NCBI GenBank assembly: GCA_030141605.1 | Contig: JAQGDQ010001129.1 | Span: 1-60,578 of the forward strand | Direction: 5' to 3' | Source of the DNA: Tubiluchus corallicola | Taxonomy: Eukaryota > Animalia > Priapulida | Length of the DNA stretch: 60,578 nt | In this document: positions 42,001-54,068 of the stretch, piece after piece | Position numbering within the stretch: position 1 is the stretch's first letter | Layout of the letters: each line of letters opens with the position of its first letter | Made by a program: the position numbers and the translations under genes | The notes under the pieces: model-generated | Told to the model about the DNA's origin: nothing | Databases searched by the model: none | What the model saw: only the letters and a program-made list of their open reading frames with translations

Positions 42001-45000
42001 TTTGGCTAGTGAATTTTTCTAATTGGCAACATGACATGCTTGTAACCTTCCTTCACCGATATACAAAGTATTCGTATACAATGGCACTATATTATTTTCT
42101 AATAAGAACACTAGATTAATATCAGACAGTATTTTTGTTAGCCCAAGATGCCATGGTAAATTATATTGTTTAAACAAAACATGAGCTTCCTTGCACAGAC
42201 TACTATCTGGTAGTGAAACTAAGTGCAGCCTATGACTTATTCTAATTGATGGGATATTTGTCCAATTCCCCTAAGACAGCTGGTGTAGGTGTTGAGCTCT
42301 TTACTCCAAACACTGATTTGTGTATTTTATGCATGCCCTTTCTAAGTTATCAAATTCTTTATATCCCCAGACTTCGCATCCATAATCAAAGATAGGTTTA
42401 ACGTAAACATCAAACAACAGTGTTATGCATATCCAAATGCTTTTGATTTACTGTGAACTGCAAACTTGGCTTTGTTGCCTTAACATATCAAGTGATCTAT
42501 TGCCTTGTTGAAATATCCATTTTTAGTATACTCTGTGATATTTATATGTTCTAACATATTACCATTATAGTAAAAAGGCATTTATTCAGAGTTTATGTAA
42601 TAATGTACTGTGACTTACAAAACTGTAATTGTGGTAAGTTTCACGAGTTAGTTCATTCATCCAAGTTATATTTCTGATAGTGGAATATGTTCAATTAACA
42701 GATTATTGTAATGACCACTTTATAACTGCTCATTAGGAGCAGGGTGTAGCAGACTTACCTGCAATTTTTTTAATTTTCTGATAAAATTCATGTATGTGGC
42801 AGTAATGTAAACCTTTTATTTTCAAGCTAGCTTTCAGGTAGTTACCTGCAAGTTACCTATCTGTTCTTTTACCTGTGCTCAAACAGTCGAGTTATTCCAT
42901 TTATCTGGGAGATTTTGGTGCTGACTTTTGTTGCAATAAAGTATTTCAGTGGTATTAACTTCTTTTGGAAATGCTTCTGTCATTACAATCACTGGTTACT
43001 TTATCAATGGACATATTAACATTTTTTTGCAATGTTTTTATTAAGTTTTGGTTTACTTTTTGTTTTACCCATTACAGTTTTTGGGTCATATCTTGAAGAG
43101 AAATTTAAGAAACAGATACATAAGAGCAATGAATATGTTAAAATACTACAATACAATTCAACTACGTTAAGAAAGAAGAGAGTGGAATTATAAATTTACT
43201 GTATTGTGTAATTTTTTGTTGTAGACTTCGAGGATCAAATAAATTGTGGTCACTCATAGTCCCTCTTTGACAGCTAATTCTCTGATTCTGTATTGAGGAA
43301 CGCAATTTATTAGTATAATAGTGCAATTTTTCAAGAGATTTATTTCAAAGGTGACATGAGCAGTAATTTATAGGTTTATCAGTTTTTTTGGATATCCATT
43401 GAAAACCTTAATATCCAGTGCATATTAAGGAACTGTCATATATTTTAAAGTTTTGCCAAATCACAAAGAAAAGTATGAAGGATTTTAGGTTATTTTTTTT
43501 AGTGTTCACTCATTCTGTAAAATTGCCCATACTGTTTCTCCTTTTTAAACTGCATTCTTGTATGTATGTCTTGACTTGACTTCTTTTTGTCATGCTCTAA
43601 TGACAGAGCTAGTTTACCTGGTCTGTTGGCAGCCTGTTCTAGGCTAAGAAAGTTGTTGTTGTTGCTTGCCTCAGTTGAACCATTTATTTGTCAAGAGTAG
43701 TAGAGCCATGATGTAAGTTTATTTCAGTTATTCAGTGTCACTTATTATTAATATCTTTGCTTCCTTTCTTAAGCTCAAATTAGTTTCTTATATTTTGTTA
43801 TGATTTTTTCTTACAGATAAAACGTAATAAAGCTACTCAAACATGAATTTTTTGACTTTGGGCATCATGAAGTAGTAGTTGCTCACAAAAGGGTATATGG
43901 GTACAGCACTTAGATGCTTTACCAAAGATTTACTGAAGGTTACTGAACATTGACAGCAAAGCTAGAGTTACATTAGAATGCACGTGTATTGCTTATTGAA
44001 AATAGATTGTTGTTTTCTGAGTTCCGTTTTTGGTTGTGAATGATCAAAATTATTAAATTAGCAGGGTTTGTACTTTGATTTCTAAAAAATAGCATCTTTA
44101 TATTTTTTATGAAAATGCCCAAAGTAAAGTTATTAATAATAATATTGTTAATGGAGTCTCATTAGAGTGACATCAGTGCTGTCTCCAGATGTTAGAGTAA
44201 CTCATCTAACCTAGGTATTATAAAGTTCTGTATGTTTTTTTTGTAAACTAGTTTTAATATAATTCACTTATAATGAGTTTAAAGGGACCCTGAAAATTTG
44301 CTTGTTGTAACCGAATCTTGTTGAGGTCAATTGTCTGAGTTTATGTACAACACTGAAATGAAGCCTATAAGGCTGATAGATGTGTTGATGAAAAGGATAC
44401 TCTCTTTTGCGACTGGCACAAGTTTCTTAACGAGTGCCAATGTTCAGCAACTATTTTAACACAACGCTTATAGTGTTTAAACTCCATTATTTCTATAATA
44501 CAGGCAGTATTTGTGCAATGAATTCCTGCACAAATTTGAGCCTTATGTAGCTTTTCTAAACCTTCTGTGTGATTTATTGTGACATTTCCTGATGGCTGTT
44601 GTGATTATTTAATTTTAAATGCATGGGCATTTGTTGCACTACACATTTATTCTGGAAACTGTAAAGTTTTAAAGGTATGAGAAATTGAGAAAACATCATT
44701 ACGGTTACAGCAGCACACCTAGCTGTAGACTCGTCAGCATTTCTGTATGTGCTTTGCTTGATACTCATTGTTTTGTGCACGATCAACAGTTAAGCGGCAT
44801 TTACCAGACATCAGTAATGCATAATGCGTTATCCACCTGTGGAATAGGTGCGAATAAAAAATCAGTAGAAAATAGCTGCTGAAAAGGTAATGCGTAATGG
44901 AGGTCTAATAAATGAATGTATTGAAAGCAATATAAACTGATTTTTATTTATAGTGCATAGTTGCATACCAATTTCGAATGTCTGGTAAACTCCACTTTAG

Positions 45001-48000
45001 TTAGTTATCAATTAATTCCCTTGTGTTCAGTGACTTTTGCCATTGGTGGATGGTGCCTGAACTCACGCTGATTATATGCAGGGGAAATACCATCACAGGG
45101 CAGTAAAATTCCCTCCTAATGAGCAATAATTTGTAATATCAGAACTGGCTTTAGACAAGGTTTAATGCATTATTATTTTATGGGATTTGAAATTTGCAGA
45201 TAATAACCAGTGGCCCATCATAATAGGCTTCAGTATAAGTGGATTATGCTGTATTTTCTGTTTTTCTACTTATTTTAGGTAATAAAAGATGCGCTGCGGG
45301 AGGCAGACAGAGCTACAACAACTAAGTCTTCCTATTCCGATCTTGTCACTGAAACTGATAAGAAAGTAGAAAATATCTTGATCAATCGACTTAAAGAAAT
45401 TTATCATGACCATAAGTAAGCTATTCAATTTGGTTCTTGTTTTACAGTATACAAGTCATTTTATTTAAAACTTTGAATTTTTGAACTGCGTGCATTCCTG
45501 TGATAATCGGGAGGAAATATGTTAGTGTGTTGGTTATTAGATAAGATTTGATGTTTTCGATTAATTTGGCTTGCATTGAAATTTTCTCAAATCCTGACTG
45601 TTTTCCATGCAGTGTACTGTTATACGTGTGCAGTAAGTTTGGTACTAGTATGTTTGGCACTATTAAATTTTGTTCTGGTAATAATGGTTTTTGAGGAGAT
45701 TTTGATACTGGGAAAATTTGCTACTAGGAAAGTTTGGTACTGGTAAATACAGTGCTGGTGAAGTTTTTGGCTCATGTAAATATAGTACAAGGCAAAAATG
45801 GCATGGAACAAGTTTGGTACTAGGAAAGTTTAGTACTGGAAAAGTTTTATACTATACAAATTTGATGCAGAGAGAGTTTGGTACATACAAGGAGAGTTTC
45901 GTGTGTGTATTGTGAAAATATCTTACTATATAATATATATAATCTACTCGAATAAGTTAAAGGTCCATATTGTTGTATTTGTTTTGTTTGTTTTTTTGTT
46001 TGTTATTCATCATCACAGTCATCATCATTGCTCTTGCCATTGTTAATTTTGTTGCTGTTGCTATTACTGTTGTTGCTGTTGTTGTTGTTGTTGCTGCTGC
46101 TGATGCTGTTGTGTTCTTGTTGCTGTTGCCATGGTTGTTGTTGCTGTTTTTGTTGTGTTCTTGTTGCTATGCCACAGTTGTTGTTGTTGCCTTTTTTGTT
46201 GTTGCTGTTGTTGTCGTTGTTTCGGATTGTTGTAGTTGTTATTTTTCCTTGTTGCTGTTGATGTTGGGTGTCAACATCATAATCGCCAACATCACTCTTA
46301 CTGTTGTTGCTATTTCTCATGCACCAATAGATAGAGATGGATGATGATGAAGACTACAGTAATAGTGATGACAATAATGTTTATGATGACAACTATGATG
46401 ATGGTGATGATGATTAGAATGATGGCGATGATAACAGTGATGATTTTGGCAAAGATAGCACTGATGGTGTTGCGGCACTTTTGATAATTACAGTGACTTA
46501 AATTTAGTTTCGATTTCATGTAAAATGCTGTTACAGGGCTTTGCTACTAGGACTAAATAATGCTCATTTTTCAAATTTGGCACACCTTTGCAAAAATGTA
46601 ATGGTTTTTAGTGCTTCTTAGTGCAGTATGATTTTTACATTTATTTGTCTGAGTGCTTGAAGTGAGTTGGGGACCTTTCAGATTTTGCTGAAAGAATTCT
46701 CAAATGTACCTACATGGGTGAGAAAATCACTGACAAAATTTTAGCTGCCAACCTGCCTTTTAAAGGTCCTATGGCACTTTTTTGTGTTATTTTCTTTTAT
46801 AGTGGCATAGGCTGACTATTTTTGAAAACAGTTTTGATGCATGCTTTCATGTGATAACTTAAATTAAGCACCATTGGTGCTATTACAAATATTATCGCCT
46901 GCCATGACACTCAATGCTGTGACGTCACGTAAGGAAGAGACATTTAACAGCCGCAGTACAGTAGACAACCAGCGGCCCAGAGCACTGTGAACACTGAACA
47001 GCAGTAGTTATTACTGAGAAATGATTTATCTATTAATAAAAATGTTTGTTACAACAGTATTTATCTATTTATAGTAAATAAACTTATAAGAATCGATTTT
47101 CATTTTACAAACCTGCAAGGAACAGCAAATTCTGTAAAAATTATATTTAGTCTAGTCAGCAGTGAGACGTTTCAACCTTACCAATTTAATGGAAACTCCA
47201 AATTTTAATGATAACCTCCCTATCTTCACATTTTGAAATATTTCTACGTAAAATGGCACCTTTTGCCACAAATAAAATCACCCATCTATCCTGCTAGACA
47301 TGGCGAAAAACAAAGTCTGGGCAGCTATGCGTAGAGCAAAGGTATTCGACTGCGTAAAACTTATACTAAATTTTCATAGTAAGTGTCTACCCGGGTGTCA
47401 GTGGACTTTCCAGACTTTCCTAGTACCAAATTTCCTCGCTACTAAAAAAATTCCCTATATAAAAACTTCCTTGTTTTCCACTTGAAATAATTATTTCATT
47501 GTGAGGTATAGAAATGCTCTCTTTTTCATCTAGTACTAAATTTTCCACTACCAAATTTTTCTAACTAGTACAGAATTTTCCTCATACCGTATTTTCCTAG
47601 TATCAAAACTTCCTTGTACCAATATTGCTTAGTAATAAACAAGCTTGGTACCATAATGCTCTCATACCAAACATTCCCCATAGTAGGTTTCCTGGTAACA
47701 AATATTCCTTGTACCTAAAGATTACAGTACCAAATTTACCTGTACCAGAATTACCACGTCCTAAAAATTCCTCGTACCAAGTTTTGCCAATACCAAACTT
47801 TCCTCATACCAACTTACAATACAAACTTGCCTGTACCAAACTTATTTGTACCCTTCATTCACCATTATATTGCTATACCAAGTAAGCTTTGAAAACACTT
47901 CTATAAGTTACAGGCAAGTAGCTTTGAAGGAAGTTTTTTGCAAACAAATCTGTTATTTTACAGATTTATTGGTGAGGAATCAGTGGATGCTGGTGACCAC

Positions 48001-51000
48001 TGTATATTGACAGATGCTCCAACTTGGATAATAGATCCAATAGATGGCACAACAAACTTTGTTCATGGGTTTGTATTGTTAACAATATCCTGAACAAACA
48101 TTTGGAAAATTGTTTTATTTTTAGTGTTCTTTTCTGGTTATTAAATACAGTTTTCAATGAAAAGCGTATACGTGTCACTGTACACATCTACATGTGTGCT
48201 CGATGGTGCCTGATGGCTTAATTAGCATTGCATTTTGAATACTTTTATAGATCTGGGTTAGAGTTATAATTCTGGTAAGCTTCCTCAAATCTTGAGATAT
48301 TGTTTCGATATTTTTTAGTTGAATTATAGTAACAACCATGAATTTTTTGTTATATACTAAAAATGCTTATGATGGACCATGCATCCATCCCAGCACTATT
48401 CACATCTGGCTTGGGGGCCATTCCTTTTTTTTTCTAATTTGCTTAATATTTTTGCATATGAACTAAGCACAAAAAATTATCTTATTTGCGATAACATCTT
48501 GAATAAATTATATGTTAGTGATGGACATTGTGTATTCATTAAGCCCTTTATGAAAATTGAAATACAAATACGTATAAACAAACTTAACAGCACCGTACAA
48601 AAATTAGTTACAGCTATTTGAGAAATGGGAGATATAAGCATTTTTGCAGGCAAACAAATAAAATTGTGGAATTACAGCTAATGTGTTAAGGGAAGTGTTG
48701 TTATGAGTTCTGAGGTAGAACTGTGCTTGAACGAGTAGATTAAATTAATTAAACAATAACACAACTTTATTTCAACAAAATCATCATAATCGTCAAAGCC
48801 TCATTCCTGCTGCTGTAGACAATGTGGCATTATCATTTATTAGGGCATTCCGCCCCCTCCTAATTGCAGTAACATGGTAAGTTCTGCTTCTAAAGCTAGA
48901 TTTGGTTGTGGTTGTTGAACATCCTTATTTATCTTAGATATCCTAGTTGTTTTCGGTTTCTTTTTTTGCAAGGTTTAAGGTGTCCTTTAAGAATTCTTAC
49001 TGATGTTTTACTTTGTAATCAGAAAGCGTATCCTAATCATCTTAATCTTAGGAGCTTAACTTTTGAAGTACAAGATTTCTTTCATTCCAGTTCATAAATC
49101 TTCATTTTTGGTTATGAGCAGCCATCTAATCCTTAGGAGACTTCTATGAAATGTATCAATCTGCTTTTCTTGAGTTCACTAAACCTTATGTTTAACTGTT
49201 GAACATAAGTATGCCGGAAGCAAAGTCTTGGGTTAAGACTTAATTTCTTGCTAGCCAATGCATTTTTGTGTTGAAGAAAAGCAAAAACATGTATGGCTTG
49301 TTGCTTTCTGTTTTTAATATCATCTTCAGTGTTTAGAAAAGTGCCAATATATTTACAGGTTTTCCATAACTGATCACCATCTCTTACTGTGTACTCTATT
49401 CTTCTGTTTTTGAGTGTTTACTTTTAAGATCAACTAAGAAACTTCAACAAAACTATGACAATGCCCAAAATCTTTTTCGTTACATTGCTATAAAAACATT
49501 CGATGGCATACTGTAAAAATTTTAAACAAAACACAACATGCTGTTGTGATATCCCTTGGCATAACTTGTTGGAAGTTACCGAATAGAATTCTACCCATTC
49601 TCCTGTAATTCAAGTAGTGAATTTCAGATTAAGAAACATGTTTTCTAAATTGCACATATTTTTTTATAAATTGGATTATTTTTGTATAGCTGACTAATTT
49701 CTTTTTGTTTTTATTTCTTCTCCTATTAGTTTGTTACTTGTTGTTGGAAAAAATTTAAATCTAAGCATTTTAATATTACAGTAGTCAACAGTAAATTTTC
49801 TAAATATAAATGTGTTATTTTATTTTATAATTGATTATTCCAGGTATTTCTGTATAATTTTAGGTATCCTTACGTTTCCATATCCATTGCCCTTGTCTTG
49901 AATAAGCAGGTATGTGTTTTTTATTAATTTTTGAGTTTCTGCATTTTATCTGTAAAAGATGGCAGCTTTCAGTTATTTTACAACTTTGTTGTATTGAGCG
50001 CGTTTACAGTCTAATCGACAGATCTGATTAACTTGGATTTCATCTTAGCTCATATCGCTTCCATTTGTTCTCATAATGTGACAGTATAAACTATCATAAA
50101 ATTAATTAACTGATAGCATCGTTGGGGTATATTGTGATACTAAAAATTGCTGACAGTCATATAATAGTCATTGTACAACACAAGTGTAGCTCAATTAATT
50201 TTTAGTATCTAATATGAAATCGATAGACATTGGCTTTACTATATCACAGTGTATAATAACTGAACAGTAGTCTTTGTTGCTCATCTAGCAAGGTTGCTGT
50301 GACTATATAAATGTGCTCTCACACAGAATGTAAATAAACTATGGAATTGCTAATTAGTCACCTACTATCATGTAGCGCATCGTGACAAAAGTTTTTTATC
50401 AAATTGCAGCTAGAACTAGGTATTGTGCATGATGTATTCAATGACAAAACATACATTGGTCGGCGAGGAAAAGGAGCATTCTGTGGAAATGAACAACTCC
50501 AAGTAGCTTCAGTTTCTGGTAAACACACTAGGGACTTTAACGATAACGATCAGTATCGATAATTATCTTATCGATAATTATTGATTATCGCGTCGAATGC
50601 AAAAAAATTGTTTTTATCATTATCGTATTGATATTATTCTAGGAATATCATTCTCTTATCGAATTTGATATGTCGCTGCTCATCGCTCATCTTTATGAAG
50701 TCATTTCACCTTTTTTTTCTTGTATTCCCTGGAAATATGTAAAAAATTAAAAGAAAGAGCTATTTATCAAATTGCTTGAATAATTTTCTTACACTTTCTT
50801 AATGCAGGAGTGGCTGTTTTCAGTCAGTTTAGTGACATGCTAATGTCAAGTGCAGTATTTTTAGAGGCTTTTTTCCTTTTATGTACAGGCAGCACAGCTC
50901 ACTTAAATAAATATATTATGTAGTAACAGTATATATGCTATATATTATCTATACGTAATATATTTGTCTGTTGTAGCTCACATAAATTTTTTTATTAATA

Positions 51001-52240
51001 TTATTCAATGATAAACAAATAAGAGAACATCAGGAAACTACCTGCAAAAATACGGTGTTACAATACACTTTGCACTATGACTAACTACATGTTTAGTATT
51101 GTTTTTGTATTATCTTTCATAATAATTTATCGTATCATATTGTGTTGTCTGAAAACCAGATTGTTGAAGCAGATTATGAGAAAGGTATCTCATTGTATTG
51201 TTATCATATTACCAAATTTGTATCTTTTAACACCCCTAAAACACACCAATACTTTAGTGTTGTATCATATGTGATGCAATGGTAACATTCTATACCTACT
51301 AAATGTGTTCACGTGATCACGTATCTGTACCAAAGTCTTAATGGCTGTTCTCTATACCAAAGTAAAATTTTTATGGCAACCTGTGTGGGAGGCATTGGTT
51401 GTGACTGAATACCAAAATAACAAGAAACTGAATCACTTAGTTGTTAACGTAGATTCTTAGTCTTAGCTAAGCCTACTGGTCTTTTCTTATCAGCCACATT
51501 AGTGTAACTTTTTTCATTCAAAATGTGCAACAGTCTTGAAAATCTTGCTCATAAACCAAAATATTGTAATTCTGTTGCAATTTGTTATACATAAACCTAT
51601 AGCTCATGATATGTCTTAGCAGGTATCAACTTTATTGATAGCAATATTGCAGTATATTTATCTTTGTGATTAGTATTTAAACTTTTTGGCCTTGCATGCA
51701 CTCAGCTGTTCTTGCAAACTTTTCAAATAGAAAGTTCAGACTTTAATTGATCTTTTGATTATGAAATATTTATGTTTTCTGTTTATCAGTGAAATTCATC
51801 ATTTCTTTCCTTTTTTAGATATAACTGCATCTATTATTATCACAGAATTAGGCTCTAGTCGTCAGAAAAGCCACTTGGATGTTGTTTTAGCAAACATGAA
51901 AAATGTATGCTGCAAAGCCAGAGCGTAAGTACTTTTGTTTTTGTTCAAATGTGTTTCCTAAAATTTGAGCTTTTTTGTCATTTTGGTTTTGAACTGGTTT
52001 CATTGGTGATGTAATTATTAATAGCTCTGTGTGGTGAACAAATAACTATTAATTTGTTTGTAAATTAATAACTATTTCCTAATTTAAGATTACGGTGTAT
52101 GGGTTCTGCAGCATTAAACATGTGCATGGTTGCAAGTGGGGTTGCTCATGCATATTACGAATATGGTATTCATTGTTGGGATATAGCAGCAGGCGATCTA
52201 ATTGTACGTGAAGCTGGCGGTGTAGTCATGGACCCAAAAG
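36057..52240 (+). CDS. IMPA1: Inositol monophosphatase 1-like, 3'-incomplete; exons 36057-36140, 45279-45415, 47964-48068, 49864-49909, 50410-50518, 51819-51924, 52089-52240
   Basis: The hand-spliced product contains [61 protein letters not shown] and [13 protein letters not shown]...[14 protein letters not shown]...EAGGVVMDP. Both IMPase signatures and the metal ligands are intact. All introns are GT-AG and phase-consistent (0,2,2,0,1,2,1). The terminal exon was not found in the window. Confidence 0.92.
36356..37375. mobile_element. Possible old non-autonomous TTAA-specific (piggyBac-like) element
   Basis: TTAA at 36352 and 37376 with weak inverted ends (CTCCATTCCGACG versus reverse complement TTCCTTCATGATG); subterminal quasi-palindrome GAAAGAAAATTTAATTCTCTTTC at 37261. 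Confidence 0.3.
38490..40910 (+). mobile_element. Degenerate BEL/Pao LTR-retrotransposon pol remnant (RT, RNase H, partial integrase) in IMPA intron 1
   Basis: Fragmented ORFs with Pao motifs: [10 protein letters not shown]...[17 protein letters not shown]...[41 protein letters not shown]...YPLILP, HLGRD...[13 protein letters not shown]. The integrase core is deleted before the VNDLVLV...RPITKLC tail. Many stops and frameshifts; no LTRs recognised. Confidence 0.88.
41560..42580 (-). mobile_element. 3' fragment of a non-LTR retrotransposon (RTE-X-like ORF2 C-terminus)
   Basis: [18 protein letters not shown]...[18 protein letters not shown] Cys/His motif, with upstream remnant [13 protein letters not shown] (~42365-42403, minus strand). 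Clade assignment is from motif recognition only. Confidence 0.7.
45969..46475. repeat. Degenerate (TTG/CTG)n then (GAT)n tracts
   Basis: Direct inspection. Confidence 0.9.
46764..47408. mobile_element. Possible Kolobok-like non-autonomous element nested in the foldback element
   Basis: TTAA|AGGTCCTATGGCAC on the left and GTGTCAGTGGACTT on the right (imperfect inverted match); the right TTAA is missing. Confidence 0.3.
48765..49440 (-). mobile_element. Decayed LINE (RTE-like) 3' fragment in IMPA intron 3
   Basis: Minus-strand remnant [20 protein letters not shown] (~49355-49295) resembles the region just after the RT domain; AATAAA-like end near 48766. Confidence 0.45.
50529..51238. mobile_element. 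hAT-type non-autonomous element (710 bp) at the start of IMPA intron 5
   Basis: Exact 8-bp TSD AAACACAC (50521-50528 / 51239-51246), imperfect TIR TAGGGACTTTAACGATA / TATCTTTTAACACCCCTA, and subterminal TATCG/CGATA repeats. A related end lies at ~38290-38392. Confidence 0.85.
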
Positions 52241-52683
52241 GTATATGATAAATTATTTTATTGTGTTGTGTAAGTGCATTTTAGTATTCTATTAAATGTA
52301 AAATTAATGTGTGGTGGAAATGTTTGCAAGTTTTTGAGCACGCTCTCTGGTGCAATATAATTTTCAGGTATATAAAATTACACTAGTAATTACGATATTA
52401 AAGTTAGTGTAGATTCTTATGTGGGCTGCTAAATATAGACAATTATTGTCAACATATTGCATTACTTGACACTGTTCCTTAGTGTATTGGAGCCCCGCTA
52501 AACAGCGACAGTTCTGTTCTAAATTAAAGGTTTTACATATTTGAAAGCTAAAACAGTCAAACAAGTAAGTTTGCTTTTTAGTATACTGTAATTTGTTTGT
52601 GCAGACATACTGAATTTATTTTACCATTATCTGCTCACTTTGCCATTTGTGTACTGCAAGCAGATGCCAACTCCAGGAATACC

Positions 52684-53725
52684 ATGAATGGTACAGGTAA
52701 AAATGGCATAAATAGAAAAGTAGGTAAAAGTGACACAAGAAAAATGGCACAGAAAAAATGGCACAAGAAAAATGGCACAGGAAAAAAATGGCACAGGAAA
52801 AAGTGGCAAAAATGGATAAGTAGGTAAAAGGGTTAGAGTTACAGTGGGATATAATTATTTTAGTTATTTGTACCTCTGCCAAGGAAGTTGTGCTTCAACA
52901 TAGTTTGTTTGTTTGACTATTTGCTTGGTTGTTTTTTGTCTGTAAGCCTATTACATAAAAACTATCTAACAGTTTCCCAAAAAACTTTGTGAAGAAAGGC
53001 AGATATAGGGTGCCAAAATGGGAATCTTTTTGCCAGTTCTTTTTCCTCAAGAACCACATACGAAAAACAAACTGATGCACTTTTTGGAGGTCTTAGAGGA
53101 AGTACTTCTTTTTCTGTATCTCCATCTGGACAAACAACTACGAGTTATTTGCAATTCCATTTCAAGAAATTATTGCTTGTAAAACTGTGTAACACTGTCT
53201 ATAACCTTAGCATTTTAATGTATATAGTGTTATAAAGTAGCTTTGTACATATATATTTGTCAGTCTATTACCATCCCAAAATTAAATGTAAAAAAGGTAT
53301 CAAATTACCTTCTTAGAATCAAAATCCGTGATTTGTAAATTACTATTAGATCCGTAATAGTAACACCATGTGGAACATTTGTGCATTATTGATTATAAAT
53401 CCATTTAATGAATAAATATTTTGTAGATCTTTTGCTAGTCTATATGATGCCAATACAGATACATTTTTGCATGTTTACTTATTTATCTTTGTATTAATTT
53501 TTTTGAATCGAAAGAATCAGATAAATAAGTTTAGGATAGTTCGACTTTGGAGAGACTTGTTTTCTACTGAGCACATTCAGTTTTATTATAGAAATTAATT
53601 GCATCAAAGTGACTATGCGCAATTTTTCCTACTTTTCCATTTGGGCCTTTTTCTTTTGGTCCATTTTTACCTGTGCCATTTTTTTCCCTTGCCATGTTTA
53701 CTGTGCCATTTTTACCGCGCACCCC
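52684..53725. repeat. Foldback-like element: inverted AAAAATGGCACAGG arrays (52684-52830 and 53620-53725); related pieces at ~6998-7075 (-) and ~11630-11725 (+)
   Basis: Tandem AAAAATGGCAC units on the left and GTGCCATTTTT units on the right, ending TTTTTACCGCGCACCC. Confidence 0.7.
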
Positions 53726-54068
53726 AATACTATAGTTGGTAATTTTAGGAATCTCAATGCGCAGGAGAAAATATCAATCCTCCTACCTGGTAATCTGCAA
53801 CTAAGCCAATCAAAGTGTTCTTTTATTTCAATTAGTGCAGAGATATATTAATTCAATTCATTGCAATTCAATTCAATTTATATTTATTTGTCTCATACAA
53901 CAAACATGTAACAAAGTATTAATAATTATTACAGCTAAAACTAGAGCAGGGTGGAGAAAAGACTATATGGTCACCGAAAATCCACCCCTTACTCGAAGTA
54001 CCAACGTAATTGTTTAGCCAGTGGCATTAGTAACAGCATCTCTTATTGTTGTTATTAGTTGGAATTAA

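Larger units (their letters stand above)
45626..47853. repeat. Foldback-like element: inverted arms of ~15-bp degenerate units (45626-45900 and 47411-47853)
   Basis: Left-arm units resemble AAAGTTTGGTACTAGG and right-arm units resemble TTTCCTAGTACCAAA; outer ends are GTGTGCAGTAAGTTTGGTAC and GTACCAAACTTATTTGTACCC. Confidence 0.7.

Noticed and set aside
45970-46519. Four overlapping hydrophobic or Asn/Gln-rich ORFs
   Set aside because: Simple repeats within IMPA intron 2.
52597-52882. KKWH / CAIF repeat ORFs; also considered as a CRISPR-like array
   Set aside because: Degenerate tandem units of a foldback repeat with no unique spacers, no cas genes and a eukaryotic context.
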